Source of the DNA: Octopus vulgaris
Lineage: Eukaryota
Direction of reading: 5' to 3'
Length of the DNA: 64,000 nucleotides
NCBI GenBank assembly: GCA_951406725.2
Contig: OX597822.1
Location: 15,376,001-15,440,000 of the forward strand
The translations under genes and the position numbers were made by a program. The notes beneath the pieces were generated by a model that did no database searches, was not told the origin of the DNA, and saw only the letters and a program-made list of their open reading frames with translations. Positions 26,160-39,800 of this stretch are shown in pieces (positions within the stretch are counted from its first letter, which is position 1; each line of letters opens with the position of its first letter).

Positions 26160-28970
26160 TTAATCGTTTGTCGTAGACCCGTTAAGAAGTGGCCTGTATT
26201 TTGTAATAAAGAGAGTTTCTTTACTTATTCGTTGTCTCGAGGTTGTATCGTCCCTAAATTGGTAGAGGGGGAAAATCCTGAAGCCTGGTGTTTTGTTGGC
26301 GCAAGTATCTATATGTTGGCTGAAAGCTATTTTTCTGTTTTGGGGAGTTTTTATCTGGGATCTGTGCAGGGCCATTCTTTTACCCAAACTATTTTTTGTT
26401 TGGCCTATGTACTGCTCTTGACACCCGGAGCAGGTTAGTGAGTATATTACGTTCTCCGAAGCACATGTGAAGTTGCTTTTCACTGTAAACCGTTGTCCCT
26501 GCTTGAAGGAGAACTCTGATCCCTCAATTAGATAATCGCATATCCCGCAATTGGGTCTTCCACATTTTTTTACTGTCGGCTTCTGTGTTGAAGAGTGTAT
26601 TCGGGCTTGTGTTAGGAGACTTTTCATAGATTTAGGCTGTCTCTTGCTTTTTGTGATCGTGTGTGTTTGGGGGATTGTGTTCATTCTGTGGTCGTTTTTT
26701 AGGAGGGGTATGTTGTGGAGGATGGTGCCGAAGGCTTCATTATTGAGAGGGTTGTGTGTGGAAATGTATGGTAAGGCTTTTGGTCGTAAGTTTTTCTTTG
26801 ATTTGGGATGTCTCAGTTCCTTGATGTTAAGTTGAAGGGCACGTTGAATGCACATGTCAATAAGTGAAGGTGTGTAGTTCCTGGTGATAAGGGTATCTTT
26901 TAGTTCTTGTAGTCGTGTGTCTCTGGTGTTTGCATTAGAAACTATAGTGCATATCCTTTTTGCTAGATTGAAGGGGATATTCATCCTGGTGTGTCTGGGG
27001 TGGCATGAATTGAATGGAAGATATTGCTTAGAATCTGTAGGCTTATAATATATGTCTGTTTCTATTACATTATTAGCTTTCTTAATGAGGATATCGAGGA
27101 AGGGAGTTGTTGCTGGCTATATTCCCTCGTGAATTGGATGTTTACGTCCAGTCCGTTTAAAATTTCTTGGAATTCTATGAGTTTTTCTATATTTTTATGC
27201 CAAAGAATGAAACAGTCATCTAGATATCTCTTCCAGTTGTTTTCTATGTTGATGGAGAAAGGGCTGCCATATCTTTCTAGAACCTTACGATACAGACTGA
27301 TCTCTAGATATCCTATGACTAGGTTGGCAAAGGAGGGGCCATTCATGTACCCATCGCAGTCCCCGATTTTTGTCGGTAGAAGTTGTCTTTGAAGGCGAAG
27401 AAGTTATTTTCCAGGATGAATTTAACCCCTTCTATCACGAATTCTTTTTTGATGCGATGTGGTAGTTCGTTGGCGTGATTCTCTAGCCAGAATTGGATTG
27501 CCTCTAGTCCTAGGTTGTGGGGGATATTGGAGTAGAGGTTGACTACATCGAAGGATACCAGTATGGTGTTTTTGTTTATAGTATTCGGTAGGTGATTGAG
27601 CATATCCAAGTCGTCCCTTATATAGCTTTTGACATGTTTGAGGAGTGGTTTTAACAGGGTTTCTAAAAAGTTACTGGGGCGGTGGGTTTCGCATGCGGGA
27701 CCTGCTATTATGGGTCTCAATTTGAGGTCATTAGGATTAGGGACTTTAATTATTTTGTCTGTAGCTATCTTGCATGCGTTGCTTATTTTCTCACTTTTGT
27801 GTATCTTAGGTATACCGTAGAATTGGCTGGTTTTACTTGTGACATTGGTCATATAATCATATTCTTTGTCGGTGAGCCCTTCTTTGTATGGGTTTAACAC
27901 GGATTTTAGTTCCCTCATTATTTTTTGTTGACTGTAGTTTTGTGCCTTTTCATAGTATGTTGTGTCTTCCAGCATAGATAGTACCAAAGTTATCTAAAAT
28001 GTCGTATCCATTAAGACAACAGCACTTCCTTTATCGGCCTCTTTGATTGTTATTGTTTTATCTTGTTTTAATTTGTTCAACTCAGCCCATTCTTTTTTGC
28101 TGAAGTTTGGTTTGTGTTTTTGTTTGTGCATATGTTGATATGGGTAATTTGATATGTGGTCACAGAAATCATCAAGTGTTTTGTTCTTACCTTTAGAGGG
28201 GGTGTAGTTACTCCTATTTCTGACTAACGATTCGTCCTCGTTGTATTTGTCGTATAGCTCCTCAGTAAGTCTTAATTTTCTGCAGAATTCTGCGATGTCT
28301 TCTTTCATTTCATTGTAGTTGGGGTGTTGTGGGGTCGGTGTAAACTTGAGTCCTTTGGCAAGTATGTTTATTTGGTTTGCTGTTAGTTCCTTGTGAGTTA
28401 GATTGATAATTTTTATCACTTTTGGTTCCTCCTGCTTGTTTCGTGCTATCTTGTGTCTCTGTGTTTGCGTATTGGGTCTAAAAAATGAATGCGGTGGTTG
28501 GGACGGTAGTTATTATATAGTTGTTCTTTGTTGATGTGGGGTCTCCTGTTGTGATTTATGGTGTGTGTTCTTGGAACAGTATTGAGAAGAGCGTCCCGAT
28601 ATCCCATAATCGGGTGTGGTGTTCTAGGAGGCCTTCGTTGGTAATCATTGCGAGTTGTGTGGGTTTGTTGTGCATGGTTGTTTAACCGGTTGTTGGAACG
28701 AAGATTTCGTTGGTAACTCTTTTGGGTGGGGATAAGGTTGCAGTGTCTATCCTGTGGGTATTGATTTATCCTTTCTCTGCTTGAAGTGGGGGTATTCCTG
28801 ATATTGTATCGCTGGCTGCTTACAGAGTTAGGGTTAGGTCCTGTATTCTTTTTTTGATAGTAGTGAAGGTTCCGATTTTTAGACAGGTGGGTATCGGTGT
28901 TTGCGTGTTGTTTTGGTTTTCTTATTTTCTGGAAAGGGTTGTAGGAGGCGTGCTCTGCTTGAAAGACGGC
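26160..28970 (-). pseudogene. PLE polyprotein: reverse transcriptase + GIY-YIG endonuclease, frameshifted and 5'-truncated
   Basis: LAKGLKFTPTP, FYGIPKIHK, LRPIIAG, LVSFDVVNLYSNIP, YRQKSGTAMG, RYLDDCF, CGRPNCGIC linker, VIYSLTCSGCQEQYIGQT. Confidence 0.93.
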
Positions 28971-29521
28971 TTCATATTCTCCCTTCTCTTTTTTCTTCTT
29001 CTTCTTCTTCTTCTTCTTCTTCTTCTTCTTCTTCTTCTTCATCATCATCATTATCATCATCATTGTCGTCATCATCATCACCATCATCATCATCTTCTCC
29101 TTCTCCTTCTTCTTCTTCTTCTTCTTCTTCTTCTTCTTCATCATCATCAACATCGTCATCTTCTTCTTCTCCACCTTCTACCTCTTAACTTTATCACTAA
29201 TGCTTTTTAGTATAACACCTACGCAAATTCCATAAACAAACCTTTCAGTAGAAATATTCTCCTGAATTGAACTGCAACTGCTAGCCGCCACTGACCATTC
29301 AAAATACGACCATCAAGGCACTCCCAAATTTTTCCACCCCCTCTCCTCATCAACCTTCTTCTTCTTCTACCCTACCAAGAATTCACAGCGGCCTCGAACA
29401 CACAAGTGCAAACAAGTGAGACAGAGAAAGGCAGAATGCCACTTATATTTGAACACTATACAAATATTCCTTTAAAAAAACTTTTCTTTTAATTTTTATA
29501 AATTTAATTATTTAATCGTTA

Positions 29522-29559
29522 CAGTTGAAAAGGCCTCAATATGACCGAAACCGGTACTG
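29522..29559 (+). ncRNA. Minimal type I hammerhead, U3:A8 core variant (inverted pLTR)
   Basis: CAG TTGAAAA GGCC-tcaatat-GACC GAAA CCGG TA CTG; one stem II mismatch. Confidence 0.7.
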
Positions 29560-29607
29560 AAATGTTCTTTATAAAATTACTTTAGCATCTTCTATTTTGA
29601 CTTGTTT

Positions 29608-29658
<51 letters not shown>

Positions 29659-29665
29659 TATATAC

Positions 29666-29777
<112 letters not shown>

Positions 29778-29960
29778 TAGCAGAGATACCCGGCGTTGCT
29801 CGGTTACATTCAATTGAAGAATTAGACTTTTCTGTTATATATATATGGATACACACACACACACACACACAAATATATATATATTAATATAAATACATGA
29901 AAGTACATGAAGTTTGTTTTAAAAAAATGGGATCATGTATATACCTCCTGGCTTTTGAGA

Positions 29961-32420
29961 TTATAACGCCTCGTTGTAAACAATGTTCCTTGTTTTTCCT
30001 TGTGGAGCATATAGAAAATGGTTTCTTTTGGTTCCTACTCTTGAGCAGCCCACATACAGTTGCCTATGCGAGAAGCAGGGCTCTTCCAAGAGAAGACAAG
30101 CTACAGAGAGGGTTTGACCCTGAGATTTGTTAACGGACATAGCAAAGCTGACACGAAGGGGGAATTGCAGTCTTCTGAATGTAAATATCATTTCTGCTCC
30201 TGATGGAGTAAGAGGAAATCTTGGAATAAAGACGTCATCACCTTTTCCACATCCAGAAAGAATGATCGCCTCGATAACGTGTGACATCATTTTCTTTATC
30301 ACCATTCGTGTTCCATTATAAAGTCTTGGTGGTTCCAGATTGCGGAGCAGCATTAAAGGAGTTCCAACTTTAAGTGCTAATATGTGTGGAGGTAGTCCAG
30401 GAGGCTCCAGTGAATTGAGAAATTCAGGAGGATAGTTCACAACTTCATTTATATCTGGAATTGTACCAACAGACTTGTAAGTGTGTATAGTGCCGGGAAG
30501 AGAATGCATTAGCTGTTGATTAATTTTGTTAACAGCGACGTGTTTTGGAGCTAATATTGCTCTTTCACACAGCCAATTGTGATTTTGGTAGTTTTGTGTG
30601 AAGTTGGGAAAGACTTTGTTTTTGAGGTCATCTACATAATTAACAACAGAGGAAAATGACCACACTTCCATTTGTCCTGCAGCATCGAGAGGCACCTTGC
30701 CTTCACCAAGTGTTAAAATGTCCTGTGCAAACTTTGTGGACATTTTGTCGCCGTGTAGCTGAACTCTCATGTTAGGGGTGAGACTGAGGATTGTAACATG
30801 ATGCCACAGGGTAGAGGACTTTAGGCATGCTTGGACTTCATCTGCTCTAGTGCTTTTCGGAATAACAGGAAGAGTTTGCCTGAAATCACCTGACAATAGA
30901 AGCGTTACACCTCCCAATGGAGCCTGACAGTCTCGGATGTCTTTCGGGGCTCTATCTAATGCTTCCAAAGCTCTCTTGTGAGCCATAGTGCACTCATCCC
31001 AGACAGTTAGATGACACATTTTAAGTACTTGTCCCTGATCTCAGCTTTTGTTGATGTTGCATGAAGGCATTTCGGATGCTGCTAAATTGAGAGGGAGTTT
31101 AAAATCGAGTGTGCTGTCCTGCCACCAGGTAACAAAGTAGCTGCAATGCCAGAGGAGGCTACAGCTACTGCAATGTCCTGATGCTGCCTAACTTCTGCAA
31201 GGAGAAGCTTTGTAATAAATGTTTTTCCTGTCTCTCCAGGAGCATCGAGGAAGAAGATTCGTCCCTCGCAATGGCGTACACTGTTAAGAATAGTTCTGTA
31301 GGCCTGCAGCTGGTCCGGAAGTAATTTAGGCTCATTTTCAACAATGCACTTTGAAAGCGCTTGAGTGTCGTAGGTTGTTTCACGAATGACAGCAGTGGGA
31401 AGGCTATTTGACCCTGACATGAATGCTTGTGGCAGGCCATACGTCGACAATTCATTTCCACCCAGTTTAGCAATTCTGTCTTCAATGTCAATGAGTGTTT
31501 TGTTATAGATTTCATTGCTGATACCCTCCATGTCAGGATAGAGCAGTTGAGCTTGGCGCTGAAAGTCTTCAGCCAGGTTGTCTCTATATTTGAGCCATAG
31601 AGTGGCCGGATCACACAGTTCGCATGCCTGTAGTAATACTACAAATCGTGCCCTGAGACTTTTAGGTGATTGTGATAAAGCAGCCTCTCCTAAAGTCGAA
31701 TCCCATTGTGCACCATTTTCTAACAGACCTTGTCGATAGCAGGCTTCTCTGTATGTTGTGCAGACATGTCCATGAACGGTCCCTCTGACCTCATGCAGTA
31801 GTAGACGAAGGTAAAAGCACTCTTGTTGAGTGGGATGCACTGTGTATACTCGTGCAAGGCAAGTGTGAAACTTAATACCAGGGTATCCATGAACATTTTG
31901 ACCTGCTTTCTGTGGGGCTCATTTTTTCCATTCCAAGTCTGTGGATACAGCAAGGTTTGAGCGAATGGATCCACTTGACAGAGATTGAAGAATGCAGTGA
32001 GTGTGCTATCCCTTGGTTCCTCAGTCAACAGAGAAGCATTAGCATCGGTGAAGTACACTCTTTGACCATTTTCCAGGTGCACTGCAAGCTGTTGAATGGC
32101 GGGGTGTCGTTGGTGAATTGAAAAGCCTCGTTGCTACTTATGTACCGTCCCACCTGATAATGCGTCACCTAATCCTGGCAGTATTCTTGTTGAAGTCCAA
32201 ACATTGCATCGTCAGAACCCTTGTTTACATATTTGCAAACGTACTTGATGGATTTAACGGAGTTGCAAAACTCAACGTTGATGTGGGCATTGAAAGTCTT
32301 TGACAGGAGTGGGCAGTATGGAATAATCCATCTATTATCGATAGCGTGCTGTCCGATAGTTGCTGTGAAACCTCCGTCTTCTGGTTTTCTGCGTCTGTAT
32401 GATGGATACCCATCAGCACC
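29961..32420 (-). pseudogene. Helitron RepHel protein, C-terminal half (PIF1-like helicase), frameshifted
   Basis: DGYPSYRRR, AHINVEFCNSVKSIKYVCKYVNKG, FFLDAPGETGKTF, WDECTM, GDFRQTLPV, RLYNGTR, QFPLRVSFAMSVNKSQGQTL, QLYVGCSRV, TRNIVYNEAL*. Confidence 0.93.
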
Positions 32421-32639
32421 TGTCTGAGTTTCTTGTAGGAACCTCAGTGGAGAAGATATGATATTTGCTGTGGGGTCGCCCTAGGCAAAAAGTTAAAAAT
32501 CTTTTTGCTTGAGATTCCGGTTCGAATGTAAGGCAGGTTTGAAATTTTTCCCAATAGCTATTAGTTGTAGTGGTAGAGTGTTTATGCCGAATATGTACGT
32601 ATGCATGTATATATGTATGTATGCCTGGATATATGTACA

Positions 32640-32772
32640 AAATCCACTGAGAAGGCTTTTGTTGGTCTCAGGCTTCAGCAGAAGACATATGCCAAGTCAC
32701 CACACAGTGGGACTGAACCCAGGACCATGTGTTTGGAACGTAGTTTGTTACCACACAGCCACACTTGCCCCT
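32640..32772 (-). mobile_element. SINE head inserted in the Helitron
   Basis: Reverse complement of the 19441 head (GGGACTGAACCCAGGACCATGTG...ACCACACAGCCAC). Confidence 0.7.
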
Positions 32773-32777
32773 ATGTA

Positions 32778-32814
<37 letters not shown>

Positions 32815-33371
32815 ATGTGTGTAGGGGTAGATATATGATGTATGTATATATGTGTATATATATGTGTACATATTACATGTACATCTACACATAAAATACA
32901 AAATACAAAGTTGTATCTTGATATCGCTAGTGATAACAATACTCAAAATATATAACAGACTGGAATTGTAGGCCCGTCTCTTGCAATTTTGATCAATTGG
33001 ATCTTGTCCTCCCTCTTGTATGGAAGTGTATGGCTGCAGCGAAATTCATTTTTGAACTTTCTTCTATCGAAGGCATTTAAAAAAAAATGCATCCGTAAAG
33101 ACGGTGAAAATATTGTCAATTTCCCCAAACAGGGACACGATTCAATTTTTAAACGATAACCAAAGCCCCTTCTCCGAAAGGGGGAGGGTAACGGTTTACA
33201 ATTATTTAACAAATGCAACACAACAACGTTTCCCTGACGAGCAACCAACAAACGTGATTACAATAGTCAAACAGTAATAATAATAACAACAAACCGTTTT
33301 AATTTATCCCCATTTATGTGAACCCACTTATTCAAGTTCAAGTCATTGATGCAATTTTATACGAATTGCTA

Positions 33372-33404
<33 letters not shown>

Positions 33405-33801
33405 ATAAGGGTTAAAAATTGAATATTAATTTGATTAATATGAATTGAAAACCAGTGGTGTAGCATATAAGACCATAGCGGATCTTCTTCTAGCAAAATG
33501 GTTGACCACTGTTAATGGTTCATCCCTGTTATATAATACTTTCACTTTAATGGTTCCAGTATTAAAGAGACACTTTTAACACGTAATACTGAAATGATGA
33601 AGATATGATATTGCTGTGGGGTCGCCCTAGGGAAAAAGGTAAAATTTTTTTGCCGATGACACTCCCCGGACCTTAAGTAAGGCATGTGTAAAATTTGAAT
33701 GAAATTGGTTGTGTAGTTCTCAAGTTTTAGGGAAACACACAGACAGACAGACAGACAGTTAGACAGACAGACACACATTCTCAGTTTTATATATAGAGAG
33801 A

Positions 33802-33896
33802 TATACATATATATAAATATATATATACATACATATATATAAATATATACACATACATATATATACATACATATACATACATATATATATACATAC

Positions 33897-33935
<39 letters not shown>

Positions 33936-34107
33936 CATATACATACATATACATACATATACATACATACAAATACATACATACATATATGTATACATAT
34001 ATATATACATATATACATATATATACATATATATACGTACATATATATACATATATATACATACATATATATATACATGCATATATATACGTACATATAT
34101 ATATATC

Positions 34108-34157
<50 letters not shown>

Positions 34158-34345
34158 CACATACATATATGTACATATATATATATATACATATATACAT
34201 ATATATACATATATATACGTACATATTTATACATACATACATATATATATACATATATATACACATATACTTACATATATATACATATACATATATACAC
34301 ACACATATACATATATATATATATATATATACATATATATATACA
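33802..34345. repeat. ~540-bp compound (TA)/(TACA)/(TACATA) microsatellite
   Basis: Direct reading; almost uninterrupted purine-pyrimidine alternation. Confidence 0.95.
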
Positions 34346-34407
34346 TAAGTATATATATGTATTTATACATATAGCTATATATATACGTATTATGTACGTG
34401 TGGAAAC

Positions 34408-34461
<54 letters not shown>

Positions 34462-34978
34462 CTGTGTGTGTGTATAAGTATCTGAATGAATACACATTTA
34501 CACACATACACACACACACACACACACACATAGATACGAACCTGATAGTTACAATACTGATATACATAAATGTCATATACATGTACGCGCGAACACGCAT
34601 AACACACACACACACACACAAACATGCTCGATCTCACCAGTAGACGCAAGATTAGAAGTGTAGGTTTATGGATATACATGAGTTTGTGCCGAGAAGAAAG
34701 TTTAACTTTTCATGTTGAACATTCGACTGACTGAAGTAAATCTCATTACGCTGAATTATTTGTTTACTTAAGTTTCATAGCAATACCGAAGCCAATATAA
34801 GCGAAGAAATATATCTTGCCGCTTTATTCTCTTTTTCATTTTAGCGATTGCTTATCACAGAAACATCGCCTGTCACGATGTAAACGGACATATAGCAAGA
34901 ATCATCGACGAGATTGCTTCTCAGAAGTATATTGACCAGGACATAATCAGAGATCAAGTTAAGACTTGTTTATACCTA

Positions 34979-35031
<53 letters not shown>

Positions 35032-35562
35032 GTGCGTGTGTGTGCGTGTGTGTGTGTCCGTATTTATAATGTGTGCATATATATATATATATACATATAT
35101 GCACACGTTATAAATACGGACTCACCGATCAAGCTATGCATGTATATGTACACATATATATATATAAATTTACACATGCGTGTGTGTGTCAACGCGCGTG
35201 TATATATATATATATATATATAAAACGTGTATGTTTATGTGTGTGTGTATAGAATGCACGAAATGTTTGTGGATAGTAGAAGAAATTGAGTGACTGCAAG
35301 TTCTGCGTTCTTCCTCATATACTTACTTTTCTAAAACTCTCCATCAATCAATCTACCTACTTATCCACCCATCTCTCTATCTATCTTCTGTTTTTCTTTT
35401 TCTGCTTCTTGCCACATACGCACTCACGTTTACCGATTGAATCATCATTGCGATGTATGCGCTTATAAATGTATGTCGACGAGTGCACATCTGTATATTT
35501 TGCAATATATATATATATATATATATATACATACAGAGAGAGAGAGAGAGAGATACAGATAC

Positions 35563-35596
<34 letters not shown>

Positions 35597-35755
35597 ATAT
35601 ATATATATATATATACATATATGCATATATATGTCTATATATATATATATATATACATACATATATAAACACACATATATATACATATATATACATATAT
35701 GCATATATGTCTATATATATATATGTGTGTGTGTGTGTGTGAGTGTGTATATACG

Positions 35756-35786
<31 letters not shown>

Positions 35787-36768
35787 TTGTGTGTGTCTGT
35801 ATGTATATATATAAATATGTATGTGAGTGTGTGTTTACATATATATATATTGTATATATATTTTATACATGTATCTGCTTGTATGAGAATGTTTCGTTAT
35901 ATTTAGAAGTACATTGAAATATATATGCATACACAGATTCAGTTCGGGTCAATATCGATGTAGCTGACCTTTGCTTCGTGTCAGCTACACCGAGGATATT
36001 TGAACAAAGGTGTTTGTGTCATTTTGAATGGCATCATCCGTTATTTGTGCGGTGTTCAACAATTTCCTTGCATCCTCTCTCTCTGTGCAAAGTATGTTAT
36101 TCTGTTCAAAGTAATTAACTGTTGATATGCGTTGTAGGCTGACATCTGTGTCATCAAAGTTATAGTCACTGCGTTGGAACAATAAATGCTTGCTTTCAGC
36201 TTTTTCCATCGGATATCCAATAATTTGCAAACTTTTCCTCTAAAAACGTTGTTGATGTATGCACAGTGAACTCAATCGCCGACATGATTTTCTGATATAT
36301 TTATTAGCACCCATAGAAATAACACGAGTTTGGAGAAATATTTTACGTATCGGTTGCCGAGTGAAAAACATAAATGATATTATACTCATTGATTTTCATG
36401 CAATACAAGAATAGTAAATTGAGGAAAATTAAGTTGAGGGAAGAAAACCGCGAACGGAAGTTGCCCCTTAATGTATTACATACGTTATGAAAGTATGTAC
36501 TTAAGTAAATGTTATATATGATACAGGAGTTGCCGCGTGGTAAAAAGTTGGCTTGGCGACCACATGGTTCTGGGTTCAGTCTCACTGCACTCCACCTTGT
36601 TCGAGTGCCGTTATATATATATATATATATATTCACCTGAATATATATATATATATATATATATTCAGGTGAATACGGTACTTAAGTTGAGGCACCAGAT
36701 TTTAGTATGGTATTATCCACACAATTTCAAAGTAAAGGTGATTAAAATCAAAATAATCAACAGCGGTA

Positions 36769-36857
36769 ATGCAGTACGATCATTTTATGCAACTCCATTT
36801 AACTGAACAATGCAATCATTGCATCAATTTAAAATGCAGAGCAATCTTCAGCTGCAC
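36769..36857 (-). ncRNA. Decayed type I hammerhead with long stem II
   Basis: Minus: GTGCAG [CTGAAGA] ~59 nt AAAAT-GATC-GTA CTGCAT; stem I intact; GAAAC reads AAAAT (compare GAAACGATCGTA at 19773). Confidence 0.55.
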
Positions 36858-39800
36858 AAAGACATAGAATTGAATTAAATTTAAACTGATGGAAACATTA
36901 GATACCTAAAATTTCCAAGAAGTTTCGAAGTTACTGAATTTTTCAAGAAGATATACATCGTTACAGACTCTGCCTGTCACTGATTTTTCGTTTTTATGTG
37001 ATCAGTTTTAATTTATAGACTGGTTTATCAAATCCCTTGTATATCTAAGGCGGAGAGAACAGAGAGCAGTATCTGCTAGGTGTCGCGCTGAGGGAGTAGA
37101 CACATATCATATGACTATACCAAAATATTATAGTCATATAAATAGTATAGTCATAAAAATCAAGATTTATTAGAGGCAATATCATAAGGTTTGGTAAAGG
37201 AAAATTTAAAACAAGATGTTAGCTGATAATTAAGGGGGTTGCCCACATGCAGACCATTGAAAATGAAACAGGGGAAATCATGTAGTACTACAGTTAAACA
37301 TTTTATACAATGTTGCTATATTGTATACAGTAAAAGTTTAGGGTTTTTCAAAGGATTTTAAAGAAGAATATCTTAACGAAAGGATAGAAATTCATGAATA
37401 CTTTTGAGTGTAGACCAAACTTTTACCACAATAGAGCGGGGAAAAGAAATTATCCAGAAATATTTTAATACTTATACATATTGTAGACTTAAATACTAAC
37501 TCATCAGATGGTATCTGCAAATATTGATTAATTGGTATATACTGGTATTAATAAAGAAGTATTGAGGTAAAGGAACATGCTAATTATATATTAATAAAAT
37601 GATAATCAAAGCAGGTTTTTTCATAAGTAGTGTATATACAAGTATAGTTTTATATAAGCTAAGTATGAACATATAGACTTCGTAATTTAGATTAATTTTA
37701 TGAATAAATAAAGACTAATTATAAAATAATAACGAAATAAAATAAAATAAGTAGGGCAGAACACCATAGAAAAGGAAAAAAAATGGCTTAATTATTAATA
37801 CCATGGTAAAGTGTATGTAGCTTATTAATACCAATAGGGAAGATTTTTAGAAAAAGTATAATAATTCAAAACATATTAGACTAAAAATTATATATTTACT
37901 TATTTAGCTCATATCAATAAAAGACTGATGTCTGGTATCAGCTAAGGGAATATTTAAGTTATGGAACATTCATATTTTACACTAATGTTTTTTTTTAAAC
38001 TAAAGGTTATATTATAAATTTAAGAAGTTATTATTGTTACACCCATCATGGTATTTATAGTTTCTTAGTGGTACTTGTTTAGAACGGTTATTTATATCAA
38101 GTCCCTTATAAATACTAAGATCAGGAGGGTACTATTTTGCGCAGTTAAAACCACGGAACTGAGTATCAAAATCATCATCTTTATGCTTCAAACATCATCT
38201 TTGTGCTTCAAACATTCTGTAAAACTTCTACAAAATATTTCAAATGAGAATTATGTGTGTAGTTATTTGTAAGTGTGCCTGTTATAGTACACGCTTTTGC
38301 CGATGATTTTATTCCACTAGTTAATATTTTATCTACTGAGTGCCAAGGCCAATTCGATGTTAAACGATAACATCTAAAGATAATTTGTGTTATCTTATTA
38401 CTTTAGCAGTATCGCATTGGTAATACAAAAGGTTTTATAATATGAATATACACTATTGATAAATCTATTAACACTCTATAAATACATAAAACTGTATACT
38501 TCTAATGGATCACATGATGATAAATTAATTTATACAACTTCATGTTTGTTGGGTTATGCTGTCCTCTCAGGCTTACAATATAGTGTCAAATTCTGTAAGA
38601 ATTATCTCTAAGAGTGAGTAAATACATTAACCCACGGAAGACATTAACTTAATGATTTATGCATTAAGCATTCGTATGTGCTAGAGATTTAATCCATTTC
38701 CAGAGACATTCGTTGGAAGACTTGACCTCAGAATAACGAACATCCTTCAATTTTGTGGCACCTCCTTACGGTGATGTAATGTGTTAGAGTTGCACGTTGC
38801 AACTGTTTATAGCTTGGTTGTCTGGGCCGTTTGATTGTTGCAGGCCTTGCTAAATGGCATTATGTATAATTAGTGATAAAAGACAAATTGTCACTTTGTC
38901 GTAGACAGAACATGAAAATAGGATTACTTCGTACCTCTATAGATTTATGATATTTCACTTTCGCTGTCATTATGAATCAATGTTTTCTAAATAAATAAAC
39001 ACAGGATAAGGATTAGTCAAAATGTTCCCAACCATACTTTGTCTACAAAAGCGACCATTTACGTTCTAAGTTCAAATCTCAACGAAGTCAACTTTATCTT
39101 TCCCCCCTCCGTGGTTCATGAAATGTAATAATAGGTGTTGGTGTAGATGGTATCAATAAACCCTTCTCTGAACTTTAAGGCGTTCTGCCTAAGAAGCAAT
39201 ATGTTATTGATGAATGAAAGGATAATCAACTTATATTACATTCTCTCTCATAAAATAATTGTTCAAATATTTCAAAGATATTCTAGCAGTGTCAAGAATT
39301 TCCAGGACTTTTACCGTTAAACAAATATATAAATACCTATCTCCTATATCTATAACTATTAGAATTTGTTTATTTATTGTAATTTATGATATTTCATACT
39401 ATTAGCAAAAAGGCGAATGGTCAAATACCTTTCAGACAGATCGCCGTTTTATATGAGTCATCCTGTATCTTCTGCGGTGCTTGGCAAACATGCCATATCG
39501 AAATATATATGGAACCTTACTTGGACATAGATTATATTTTGTAATCTTATAAGCGATAAAAGCTCATATATGATACATTTTGAGCCTTGTAATTAACACA
39601 ACACTGTACGTAATAAAGACTCTAAATATAAGATCATCACACAACCTTCTGGCGAGAATAATTTGTACAAAGTTGTATTTCATGAAATATTGTGCCTTGT
39701 ATTGTCCCCTCTCTCTCTTTCTCTCTCTCGTTCTTCTCCCCACTTTTCTGTATTGGCTTTTGTGCGTTTAGATAACATGTTCCCTGATATATTTTCACTC

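Larger units (their letters stand above)
25471..29620 (-). mobile_element. Penelope-like retroelement (Neptune-like Cys linker) with inverted pseudo-LTRs, flanked by (TA)n
   Basis: RT + GIY-YIG ORF remnants; arm 25503-26020 is inverted at 28971-29620; a hammerhead in each arm. Confidence 0.92.

Noticed and set aside
28446-29210. Poly-K/M/L/H/S ORFs, also at 25577-26062
   Set aside because: Translations of GAA/GAT triplet repeats in the inverted pLTR arm, not a real N-terminus
33542-34679. Long ORFs of up to 240 aa rich in Y/I/C/M/V/H/T
   Set aside because: Stop-free readings of alternating purine-pyrimidine microsatellites; the same applies to most short ORFs in the track
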